From Limisphaerales bacterium (GTDB lineage: Bacteria > Verrucomicrobiota > Verrucomicrobiia > Limisphaerales > SIBE01): a stretch of 40,245 bases of DNA. The stretch is from positions 1-40,245 of the forward strand of contig JBGAIN010000066.1 in assembly GCA_044225505.1 (NCBI GenBank). Direction: 5' to 3'. This document shows positions 1 to 7,931 of the stretch, piece by piece (position 1 is the stretch's first letter; each line of letters begins with the position of its first letter). Below the pieces are notes generated by a model. It did no database searches. It saw nothing but the letters and a program-made list of their open reading frames with translations, and had not been told where the DNA came from. Made by a program: the position numbers and the translations under genes.

Positions 1-364
1 GTGGACAACAACCATAACATCATTGCCGATGCGGCGAGTGGAATAAGTGCTCCATCAGGAGCACAGAACGGCTCCGCAGACATTGCGACATTTTTCGAGC
101 GCAAACGCATCAAGCTCAGACAACAAATCAGATAGAGTAGCAGGTTGCCGGAAACGGCAACGATGGTGAGCTGACGGAAGGAACCTAAAGTCGCAATGAC
201 GAAGCAGAGTGTCGCATATACCCCGATCGCAACGGCCGGCGTAAAAAAACGTGCACTAACCGCCGCCAATTGTTTTGGCAACTGACCAGCCTCGGCCAAC
301 GCAAACAAACACCGAGGGGAGCCTAGCATGTCCGAACACAGATAGGCGCTCGGTGGGACCGCGC
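1..364 (-). pseudogene. 5'-truncated APC-family amino acid permease (C-terminal part; runs off the window edge)
   Basis: The minus frame reads ...YLCSDMLGSPRCLFALAEAGQLPKQLAAVSARFFTPAVAIGVY...GSFRQLTIVAVSGNLLLYLICCLSLMRLR, matching the APC 'R.lfAla.dG.LP...a.v..rf.TP' motif. The frame is closed by a TGA at about 369-371 inside the inverted repeat starting at 365, so the N-terminal part is missing. Confidence 0.75.
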
Positions 365-568
365 GGGGTCAGCCCTTAAATTAAAAGTCAACGGTCGCAA
401 GTTTCCGCTCGAGCTCTGTATCTATCGATAGCCAGTGAGCCTCTGCCGACACGCTCGGCCGCCATGTTGCCAACGGCTGACTCACGGCCGTTCCAGTGCT
501 CAAGGCGATGATCTGTCACTCAAAGTGAGCTGACGAACGCCGCTAACTTTTGACTTAGGGGCTGACCC
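365..568. mobile_element. MITE-like element / Y1 (RAYT-type) transposase end remnant with imperfect terminal inverted repeats
   Basis: GGGTCAGCCCTTAAATTAAAAGT (366-388) versus ACTTTTGACTTAGGGGCTGACCC (546-568) form a 23-bp inverted repeat with 3 mismatches. It sits at the permease breakpoint. Confidence 0.6.
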
Positions 569-714
569 TGGCTGCCGCAGATTTGCGGAGTGACGTCCAC
601 GCGCAATGCTTTTCCCATTCCTCCAGCATTCGCGCCACGCCCCTGGGGCCACTCTCTAAATGCGACCCATTGCCACTTTCTTTTCCGGGCTTTGAGTTCT
701 TGATTGTTATCGCA

Positions 715-824
715 GGTGCGCGGAATTTATTCCGCCGGAAGCCTCGACGGGCGGACTCATCCTCGGAGAATCGGCAGCCGATCCTCCACGCGACCGTTCC
801 TGCGGTTTGAAACCCGCGCCCCCA
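715..824. repeat. REP doublet (two REP-like hairpins in inverted orientation)
   Basis: GGTGC-GCGGAA-TTTA-TTCCGC at 715-735 and, on the minus strand, GGGGC-GCGGGTTTCAAACCGC at 823-802. The pair lies next to a transposase relic. Confidence 0.55.
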
Positions 825-855
825 TGAAGTCGCTGGAACTCCGAGCTCCACGGCA

Positions 856-1005
856 TCACCGATCCATGGCCTTGATCTTCTCGACAAACCCGGCACTGCC
901 CACTGCCAGACTTTCGGTCCAGATCGGTTCCCGCTTTCATTCTTCTCGGGCCATCGCGTCGGCTAACGCTGCTTCCAGGTTACGCCGGACTTCCGGAGCA
1001 TCGTC
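856..1005 (-). pseudogene. C-terminal fragment of a REP-associated tyrosine (Y1) transposase-like protein
   Basis: The minus frame reads DDAPEVRRNLEAALADAMAREE*KREPIWTESLAVGSAGFVEKIKAMDR*. The R..WTES(L/I)AVGS..FVE motif is one I recognise from C-termini of this transposase group. There is an internal TGA at 937-939 and no HUH catalytic core. Confidence 0.6.
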
Positions 1006-1231
1006 GGGCTTCCTCGAGCTGATCGTCGCCGTTTGCTCGATGCCCTGGACGCGCTGCCTCGTGATATGTCTCACATACCAGGAGCAAACTGCTCCTGGAT
1101 TCGGTAGCGCCGTCGCGACGCGCGCGGGACCGGTGCCGCAGACCTCGATCGCTGGCTATGGCTGGATTTGACGGTTCGCGATGAGGGCGGGAAATGGGTG
1201 GAGGACTAAGGTGCGGAAGGATTAGGAGAAG

Positions 1232-1264
1232 AATTACGATTACGATTACGATTATGATTACGAG
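1232..1264. repeat. (GATTAC)n hexanucleotide microsatellite
   Basis: aattac-gattac-gattac-gattat-gattac-gag, preceded by a related gattag at about 1220. Confidence 0.85.
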
Positions 1265-1330
1265 GGAAAGACCAAGACGGAAACGGTTGGGGAATAGAAA
1301 TATGCGGGGTTTCCGACGAGTCTGAACGGA

Positions 1331-1364
1331 AAAGCGCCAGAGGTCTGGCGCACTCCAAGACGCT
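1331..1364. repeat. solitary REP-like hairpin
   Basis: AAAA-GCGCCAGA-GG-TCTGGCGC-ACTCCAAGACGCT has a perfect 8-bp stem and resembles REP units seen in Verrucomicrobia. Confidence 0.55.
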
Positions 1365-1472
1365 GGTAAGGTGCCTCTAAAACTCGTCTACCGCACCACC
1401 GCGGTTTATGCATTCGGCAAGCTGGCAACAATTTGTTGACAGAGTGTGAGACAAATCAACCAATGGACGCAT

Positions 1473-1499
1473 GGTTTGGGAACGGACCGTTCCCAAACC
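1473..1499. promoter_or_regulatory. perfect 27-bp palindrome, candidate operator
   Basis: GGTTTGGGAACGG-A-CCGTTCCCAAACC, about 265 bp upstream of the ATG at 1763. It has no U-tract and a 1-nt centre, so it is not terminator-like. Confidence 0.45.
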
Positions 1500-1762
1500 G
1501 AAGATCGGGCGGTGACAAAAAGTCACCAAATCGGGCCGACGACCGTCGTTCGAAACCGGCGAATATGCCCAGTTTAGATCCTACGTCTTTTTTGGTTTAG
1601 CCAGTTTCTGCTGGAACTGCGAGAACGGCTGTTATACCGTCCGGGTTCAGCCCAAAGACACCAGACCCGGCAATTGCTAGGCAAGTTCCAGGTACTCTCC
1701 TCATGACACGTGGACTTTACCTACGATGCACCGTTTCTTGGGATCTTAGGGGCGCCCAAACC

Positions 1763-4700
1763 ATGAAACCATTCACCAGCCAAACCTTGCTTCTCGCCGC
1801 GGCAACGCTTTTCAGCGGCGATTTCAACCCTGTATGTGCAGCAACTATATTCCAGACCCCGGGCAGTGCTTACGTCAGCTTTGAAGCTGAGACCGAGAGT
1901 TTGTTGATCAACGGAACTCAAACGTTTTGGGTATCCACCAACGACGCCCCGGCCAGCGCGGGCGGCGTCCTGGCCATAGGCGGAGCGACGGACAACGGCA
2001 CGTCTCCACACAGCTACGTTCAATACCAAATCAAGTTCGCCACCCCTGGCACTTACAATCTGTACTACCGTTGGAAGGCCGATGCCACCCGGACGGTAGC
2101 CGATCAGTTCACCGCCAATAGTTGTTGGATTCCAAACGCTTTGGGCGCTTACAGCAAACCGGGCGCGGAGGCGCAAGCCGATTTCCACACCGCCGCCTCG
2201 AACGGCACGCAAGCGCCGGGAAATAACGCTTACGATTGGCAACGGGAGGCCGATACGGCCACTTACACCGTGACCCAGGAACAAGTGACAGCGGGCGTTC
2301 CTCTGGTCTTCACGGTGGGCAGCCGCGAAGCCGGCATGATCATCGATCGTTGGGTGTTCAGTCCAGACGCAGCGCTGACGGACGCAGCTTTGGACGCGTT
2401 GGCCAATTCCGAAACCAGCTTGGTGGCGCAAGGCTCAGGCGAGGGTTTCGTCGCGTTCGAAGCAGAAGCCAAGGGCACGCTCCTGAACGGCACGCAAACG
2501 TTCTGGGCATCGACCAACGACTCTCCAGCCAGCGCGGGCGGGGCGCTTTACATTGGAGGCACCACCGACAATGGCACCTCGCCGCACAGCTTCATTCAGT
2601 ATCAGGTCAAGTTCAGCGCACCGGGCACGTACAATCTCTATTACCGCTGGAAAGCGGATTCCGTGCGCACGGTCGCGGATCAGTTCACGGCCAACAGCTG
2701 TTGGATTCCCAACACATTCGGCGCCTACAGCAAGCCGGGCGCGGAGGCACAAGCGGACTTCCACACCGCCGCGTCGAACGGCACTCAAGCGCCGGGCAAT
2801 AACGTCTACGATTGGCAACGAGAAGCGGACACGGCCACTTACACCGTGACCCAGGAACAAGTGAACGCTGGCATTCCTTTGGTCTTCACGGTCGGCAGCC
2901 GCGAGGCAGGGATGATCATCGACCGTTGGGTGTTCAGTCCGGACGCGACCCTCACCGACGCTGCGCTCGACGCTCTGCCCAACTCGGGTGCGAAAGCCGC
3001 TGGTCCCGAACTCGTCAAAGCGGTCGGCTCGGCCGCGTTGAATACCGCGCGCGTCTTCTTTACCAAGACCATTGCCGCCAATTCCGTTGTGCCGGGCAAT
3101 TTTAGCTTGAGCGGAGGAGCCACGGTCTCTGCGGCAACCCTCGACCCTAACGATGCCCGCCAAGTCCTGCTCACCACCAGTGCGCAAACGCAAGGCGAGG
3201 TCTATACCATCACCGTGAAAGACTTGAAGGACACCACGGACACGGCCATTGCCGCTAACAGCCAGACGAAGTTCACGGCTTGGAAACTCGTCAACGGCTG
3301 GACCACCACCGAGATTTACCTCAACGTCACCGGAACCACTGTAGAAGAGCTCAAAAGCGCCGCAGCTTACCAAGCGCGTCAACCGGATGAAGTTCGGTGG
3401 GTGAAAGGATTCCAACTCAATAACGATCCTCGAGCACCAAACATGGGAGCGCGTCTCAGTGCGTTCTATACTCCGCCGTCAGCCGGGGCCTATAAATTCT
3501 ACGTCAATAACGACAACGAAGCGGAACTGCAGCTGAGCACGGACCAGACCGAAGCCAATTTGCAGTCTCTCGGTCTCTTTCCCCTGATTCCGGCGACCTT
3601 CGACGACACGGCGGTGGCGACGTCAGGCAATCTCAGCGCCGGGCAGAAATATTTGCTCGTCGGTTTACTAAAATCCGATGGGGGCGATGTATACCTGAAC
3701 GTTGCGGCGCAACCCTCCAGCGGTTCCACTCCAGCCGCCAGCCTTTCCGTTCTGGGCGGCGCTAACGTCAGCACGTTTGTCAATCCGGACCTTGGTGTTG
3801 TGACATTTTCCGAACAACCGTCGGCCGCCAGCGCCTCGGCCGGCGACCGCGCCCGGTTCGCCGTTCGGGTGAAAGCCAATGAAAGCCCGGTCTATTATCA
3901 ATGGCAGGTCGATGGGGTCGATATCCCCGGCGCCACCCGTCTCGCTTACGTCACGCCGCCCTTGACCACGGCCGATTCAGGAAAGAATTACCGTGTCGTG
4001 GTCAGCGTCGCGGGCAAGGATACAGTCAGCAATGACGCGACCCTCACGGTCAATCCGGGTGATCCATCCAACCTCCAACCTTACGTCGGCGTCAATTTCG
4101 TGGGGGGCGGAGATAACCTGCCAGGTCCCCTGACTGCCGTTGACGTTGCGGGCGTGGTCCTCCAGGAAAACTGGAACAATCTCACCGGCTTCGACTTCGC
4201 CGACGTTGCTCTTAAGGATGCCGCCGGCGCCGTCACACCGGTCACGTTAACCGCTCAAGCGACGGAACATTGGTATTCGGGCACCTTAGGTTCGGGCGAT
4301 GCCAATGGCGCCCTGCTCCAAGGGTTTCTCAGCATCGGGGCGGGGACAGATCCGTTCCCGATCACCCTGAACAAGGTGCCCGCGGGGAATTACCAACTCG
4401 TGGTCTATAGTGTCGGGTTTCCCTTCCAAGCCAGCTACGAGGAAGGAATCAGCCTCGCTGGTTCCGGCACTTACCCTGTCTACCGCGTCAAAGCGGAGAG
4501 CGGTCTCGAGTTCAACGCCAACCCTGTCTTCCGACGCATGGCCAGTACCGACGCTGCAAATCGGGCCAGTGGAAACTATGTGCAGTTTGACAACGTGAGC
4601 CCCGCCGCGGATGGATCGCTCGTCATCTCGACGACCTGGGAATCCACCAACGCAGGAAACACGCATCAGCCAGCGGTCAATGCCATCCAATTGATCAAGG

Positions 4701-4936
4701 TCGGCGCGGTGGCCCCGCAACGGCCCACGGTCGCTGTCGTCCGCAACGCGTCCAACCTGACCGTATCCTGGACGGCATCCGCCTCCGGATTCGTCCTGGA
4801 ATCGAGCTCAAGCCTGGGCGCCACGGCGAGCTGGCAACCGGTGGCCGGCGCAACCAACCCGCTCACTGGCGCTGGCAGCTTCGATGTCAACCTCACTGGC
4901 AACGGTGGGTTTTACCGTCTCCGGAAGGCGAATTGA
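1763..4936 (+). CDS. large secreted multidomain protein (two tandem 192-aa beta domains, Ig-like, PA14-like, Ig, beta-sandwich, C-terminal FYRL domain)
   Basis: The ORF 1703..4936 probably starts at ATG 1763, which gives a signal peptide (MKPFTSQTLLLAAATLF...VCA/A). It has an internal repeat with a 576-bp period, Ig motifs YQWQVDGVDIPGAT and DSGKNYRVVVS, and ends GGFYRLRKAN. Confidence 0.85.
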   Translation: MKPFTSQTLLLAAATLFSGDFNPVCAATIFQTPGSAYVSFEAETESLLINGTQTFWVSTNDAPASAGGVLAIGGATDNGTSPHSYVQYQIKFATPGTYNLYYRWKADATRTVADQFTANSCWIPNALGAYSKPGAEAQADFHTAASNGTQAPGNNAYDWQREADTATYTVTQEQVTAGVPLVFTVGSREAGMIIDRWVFSPDAALTDAALDALANSETSLVAQGSGEGFVAFEAEAKGTLLNGTQTFWASTNDSPASAGGALYIGGTTDNGTSPHSFIQYQVKFSAPGTYNLYYRWKADSVRTVADQFTANSCWIPNTFGAYSKPGAEAQADFHTAASNGTQAPGNNVYDWQREADTATYTVTQEQVNAGIPLVFTVGSREAGMIIDRWVFSPDATLTDAALDALPNSGAKAAGPELVKAVGSAALNTARVFFTKTIAANSVVPGNFSLSGGATVSAATLDPNDARQVLLTTSAQTQGEVYTITVKDLKDTTDTAIAANSQTKFTAWKLVNGWTTTEIYLNVTGTTVEELKSAAAYQARQPDEVRWVKGFQLNNDPRAPNMGARLSAFYTPPSAGAYKFYVNNDNEAELQLSTDQTEANLQSLGLFPLIPATFDDTAVATSGNLSAGQKYLLVGLLKSDGGDVYLNVAAQPSSGSTPAASLSVLGGANVSTFVNPDLGVVTFSEQPSAASASAGDRARFAVRVKANESPVYYQWQVDGVDIPGATRLAYVTPPLTTADSGKNYRVVVSVAGKDTVSNDATLTVNPGDPSNLQPYVGVNFVGGGDNLPGPLTAVDVAGVVLQENWNNLTGFDFADVALKDAAGAVTPVTLTAQATEHWYSGTLGSGDANGALLQGFLSIGAGTDPFPITLNKVPAGNYQLVVYSVGFPFQASYEEGISLAGSGTYPVYRVKAESGLEFNANPVFRRMASTDAANRASGNYVQFDNVSPAADGSLVISTTWESTNAGNTHQPAVNAIQLIKVGAVAPQRPTVAVVRNASNLTVSWTASASGFVLESSSSLGATASWQPVAGATNPLTGAGSFDVNLTGNGGFYRLRKAN

Positions 4937-4957
4937 GCCTCCCGCAGAATCCGTCCA

Positions 4958-4987
4958 GGGCGGAGGTGGGCATTCCTGCCTCCGCCC
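4958..4987 (+). terminator. GC-rich hairpin after the secreted-protein gene
   Basis: GGGCGGAGGTGGG-CATT-CCTGCCTCCGCCC, about 20 bp after the stop. The U-tract is weak. Confidence 0.5.
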
Positions 4988-5196
4988 GTTCACGGAGTCA
5001 TCCTGCCGACTGCCTTTTTCAGTGTTGCCTCCGACATGTCCGCCCCGGCTGCCGCCTGCGGGCGAGATGCCTCAAGAGTTCCCTTGTGCGGGATCCTTTT
5101 CTACTGAACCCGGCGACGAACCCCTGGCGGTAACTGGATTTTGCCGCCCAAGGACTAGAATCTTCTACCCCCAGGCCCGAGCCCGTGGCGGGACCT

Positions 5197-5350
5197 CCGC
5201 TTCAGCCTTCGATCAGCGTTCGATCAGCCTTCGATCAGGTCTCGGTCAGATCTCGATCAGCGTTGGATCAGACCTAGGTTATTTCTTGGTCGGGATCGAA
5301 CCCTGATGGAGCGTTGAGCGAACCCTGACCGAGCTCTGAACAAGGGCCGA
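5197..5350. repeat. 11-bp-period degenerate tandem repeat that switches orientation midway
   Basis: Units ttcgatcagcg/ttcgatcagcc/ttcgatcaggt/ctcggtcagat/ctcgatcagcg/ttggatcagac are followed from about 5296 by reverse-complement-like units tcgaaccctga/tggagcgttga/gcgaaccctga/ccgagctctga. Confidence 0.8.
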
Positions 5351-5405
5351 GGCCATCGAACTCGTAGGAGACGCTTCAGACGGGCGGTAGGGTCTGCGGG
5401 GTGGG

Positions 5406-5440
5406 AAAAAAATAAGGGGTGACGCGAATCGTCACCCCTT
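5406..5440 (-). terminator. Rho-independent terminator of the pilin gene
   Basis: AAGGGGTGACG-CGAAT-CGTCACCCCTT is a perfect 11-bp stem. The A7 on its left is a U-tract on the minus strand, 45 bp past the stop at 5486. Confidence 0.8.
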
Positions 5441-5485
5441 TGGAGAGCATTGTCCACCCGGGGTTAGCCGAGCGGATGTGCTCGC

Positions 5486-5833
5486 TTACAGAGTATGCCC
5501 AGGAGCATCGCAGGTCGGGCTCTCGGACACGGCGCCGATACTGTATCGGCCGTTGCCCGGGCAGATCGGCAAGGCATTCCCTTTCAGGTAGGCCGCGACG
5601 TCCTGCTCGCTCGGAACGTCCGAGTCTCGCTTCCGGTTCTCTGTAGCCCACATTTGCTTGGCGCCATCGATCTGGCGGAGGTTGGCAATGCAGGCGTTCC
5701 GTTGCGCCGTGCTGCGCGCTTTCGAGAAGTTGGGGATCGCGATGACCGCCAACAACCCGATGATGGCGACCACGATCATGATTTCCACGAGCGTGAAGCC
5801 TGCACGGTATTGACCGACTTTATGTTTACGCAT
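5486..5833 (-). CDS. short type IV pilin/pseudopilin-like protein (prepilin N-terminal cleavage/methylation motif)
   Basis: It contains G|FTLVEIMIVVAIIGLLAVIAIP and CIANLRQI, and has C-terminal cysteines (CPGNGRY...PTC...H). Confidence 0.9.
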   Translation of the reverse strand: MRKHKVGQYRAGFTLVEIMIVVAIIGLLAVIAIPNFSKARSTAQRNACIANLRQIDGAKQMWATENRKRDSDVPSEQDVAAYLKGNALPICPGNGRYSIGAVSESPTCDAPGHTL

Positions 5834-5916
5834 GGTTTTCGCTGATGCCTGCGCAGGGAGGTAGGTATGAATAGGTATGATTACGAGTTAAGGCCACCCT
5901 GATCAGGATCATTCTA

Positions 5917-5944
5917 GTTATAACAGACAGGAAAGGTAAGTCAA
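5917..5944 (-). promoter_or_regulatory. sigma70-type promoter for the pilin gene
   Basis: Minus strand TTGACT-N16-TATAAC with an extended -10 TGn, about 85 bp upstream of the ATG at 5833. Confidence 0.55.
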
Positions 5945-6044
5945 CGGCCGCTCACGCGGCGCAAATTGCGCTGTCCACCCTGTCCGTTGTTCAAAGAAAT
6001 AATACCCGGTGCGGCCCAATAGTTGCAGCAGGCTTAGCGCCTAC

Positions 6045-6299
6045 TTAAGGACGTGTGATCCGAAGCGCTTTCTCGAGCTTGTCGGAGAAGCCTTTGACCT
6101 CCTCTGTAATCCGTGACGGTTGTTCCGCCAGCGAGGAGACAAAGCGAGCGGCCAAATCCGGTTTCCGCTGCAGGAGTTCGGCCGTCGCAATAATCAATGA
6201 GACGCAATTGTTTACGTTGTGGCGCAGACTGGCTAAGTGATCGCTTAACTCAGAGATCTCAGCAGGCGTTAGGGTGACGCTTTGATCGGGCAATTGCAT
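6045..6299 (-). CDS. small helical protein resembling a stand-alone HisKA/DHp domain
   Basis: 84-aa ATG ORF with an H-box-like segment LASLRHNVNNCVSLIIATAELL followed by a second amphipathic helix. Confidence 0.65.
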   Translation of the reverse strand: MQLPDQSVTLTPAEISELSDHLASLRHNVNNCVSLIIATAELLQRKPDLAARFVSSLAEQPSRITEEVKGFSDKLEKALRITRP

Positions 6300-6461
6300 A
6301 AACCTTGCTCAGTGGAAGAAGTCCAGCTTTCGCGAACTCATTGTAAGTGCTTTAGGGTGAAGAGCAAGACGAACTCTCGGTGATCCGACACGATCCCGCC
6401 ACGACCTGCCTGGGCGGGCCTTTTTGCGGTCGGAAACCCTTGGAACGGACCTTGCCTGTGC

Positions 6462-6489
6462 TTGACAGAGCGGATTGATTCCTTAGGTT
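6462..6489 (+). promoter_or_regulatory. sigma70-type promoter, probably leaderless, for the 6496 gene and nuo operon
   Basis: TTGACA(6462-6467)-N16-TAGGTT(6484-6489). The ATG at 6496 falls at the expected +1, and no Shine-Dalgarno is present. Confidence 0.5.
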
Positions 6490-6495
6490 CCTTTC

Positions 6496-6771
6496 ATGCC
6501 GAAATCTTCTGGCCAAAAGAAGGGCCGCAAAGCGATGATCCTCGGAGTAGGGCTCGATTCGGATGGCCATAAGCGGGTCACCACCGGGCCGAACTTTGCC
6601 TTGGTCGGAGGTAGCAAAGAAACCCACGAGGTGATGACGGAAAAGGCCATCAAGATCAATGAGAAGCTCGCGGCGAAAGGAAAAGCTTTGGAAGAGGTTA
6701 GCCGCGAAGAGTTTGACGACATGGCTGAATCCGTCGGGCTGAAACGAGCCCCGGAGCCGGATCGCAACTGA
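6496..6771 (+). CDS. hypothetical protein (91 aa) directly upstream of nuoA
   Basis: ATG ORF with protein-like composition (LGVGLDSDGHKRVTTGPNFALVGGSKETHE), ending 35 bp before nuoA. Confidence 0.8.
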   Translation: MPKSSGQKKGRKAMILGVGLDSDGHKRVTTGPNFALVGGSKETHEVMTEKAIKINEKLAAKGKALEEVSREEFDDMAESVGLKRAPEPDRN

Positions 6772-6806
6772 GCCTGATCGAGAAGTTTCGCGCGCCCAGA
6801 CCATTC

Positions 6807-7184
6807 ATGGCCACGTCCTATAGCCCTTACCTATTCCTTGCCATTTTAGGGGTAGCGGCAGCGATCTTTGCGCTGACGCCTCTCCTGCTTGCGCGGATCT
6901 GGGCCGTATTCTTTTCTCCGGCGAAACCAGGAGCCGACAAGAATGCAATTTACGAGTGCGGATTGGAGTCGTCCGGCGATGCTTGGGTGCAATTTAAGTC
7001 TGAGTATTATCTCTACGGGATTATTTTCCTAATCTTCGACGTCGAGACGATTTTCCTGCTTCCCTTCGCGGCGGCCTTTACCGGGTTACCCGCCGGGGGA
7101 TTTCTAGCCATGATGGTTTTCCTGCTCCTGTTGGTCGAAGGCCTGGTATGGGCATGGAAGAAAGGCGTGCTGACCTGGAAGTGA
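6807..7184 (+). CDS. nuoA: NADH-quinone oxidoreductase subunit A
   Basis: K...YECG and [20 protein letters not shown] motifs; ends WKKGVLTWK. Confidence 0.97.
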   Translation: MATSYSPYLFLAILGVAAAIFALTPLLLARIWAVFFSPAKPGADKNAIYECGLESSGDAWVQFKSEYYLYGIIFLIFDVETIFLLPFAAAFTGLPAGGFLAMMVFLLLLVEGLVWAWKKGVLTWK

Positions 7185-7218
7185 TCTAGGTGCTCTCGGA
7201 GAGCCCGCGAATGCGCGT

Positions 7219-7830
7219 ATGGATGAAGGACTTCGCAGTGAATTGAGCAAACATGGGATCGTCACGACGACGATGGAGGAAGTGTTCAATTGGGGACGCA
7301 AGAACTCCGTTTGGCCCTTGTCGTTCGGCCTAGCCTGTTGTGCCATCGAGATGATCGCGGCCTCCATGGCACGGTTTGACCTGGCCCGATTTGGAGCGGA
7401 GGTATTCCGCCCTTCCCCAAGGCAAGCGGATCTCATGATCGTGGCCGGAACGGTGACCAAAAAGATGGCGCCGCAGGTGGTGCGTCTTTATAACCAGATG
7501 CCCGAACCAAAATACGTCATCGCCATGGGGGCGTGCGCCATTTCGGGAGGGCCATTCAAGCAGGGCTACAACGTCCTGAAAGGCATCGATCGTTATATTC
7601 CCGTGGACGTGCATATTCCCGGTTGCCCGCCTCGACCCGAAGCGTTGATTCATGCGTTTATGACGCTACAAAAGCGGATCGGGCAGCAGCACCTATGGGG
7701 ACCCAACCAAGCCAGGCACTTTGACCGCAACGCGCCCAGCGAGTTTCCAGTTCCGAAGTTTGGAGCGCATGACTTGGAGCCGCCTTGTAACCCTGCGGTC
7801 TGGAAACCGCCTGTGCTCGTGCGAGGTTAG
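7219..7830 (+). CDS. nuoB: NADH-quinone oxidoreductase subunit B
   Basis: [30 protein letters not shown] and PGCPPRPE (N2 cluster ligands). Confidence 0.97.
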   Translation: MDEGLRSELSKHGIVTTTMEEVFNWGRKNSVWPLSFGLACCAIEMIAASMARFDLARFGAEVFRPSPRQADLMIVAGTVTKKMAPQVVRLYNQMPEPKYVIAMGACAISGGPFKQGYNVLKGIDRYIPVDVHIPGCPPRPEALIHAFMTLQKRIGQQHLWGPNQARHFDRNAPSEFPVPKFGAHDLEPPCNPAVWKPPVLVRG

Positions 7831-7931
7831 GACAGATTCGGCGCTTGCAGGCTGGCGAAGCCTGTGACCGCTCGGACTGGTCCCAGCTGCAGGAAAGCGG
7901 TTCGAGCAATAACCGAAAACGCAGTTTCTTT

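Noticed and set aside
555..1171. Overlapping ORFs 555..896, 583..810, 704..1171 and 707..940
   Set aside because: They have no recognisable motifs and run across REP repeats and a transposase relic, so they are probably spurious.
1620..1762. Riboswitch in the leader of the 1763 gene
   Set aside because: Only a short CCGGGT/ACCCGG stem is visible, and I could not recognise any aptamer consensus. An Rfam scan would settle it.
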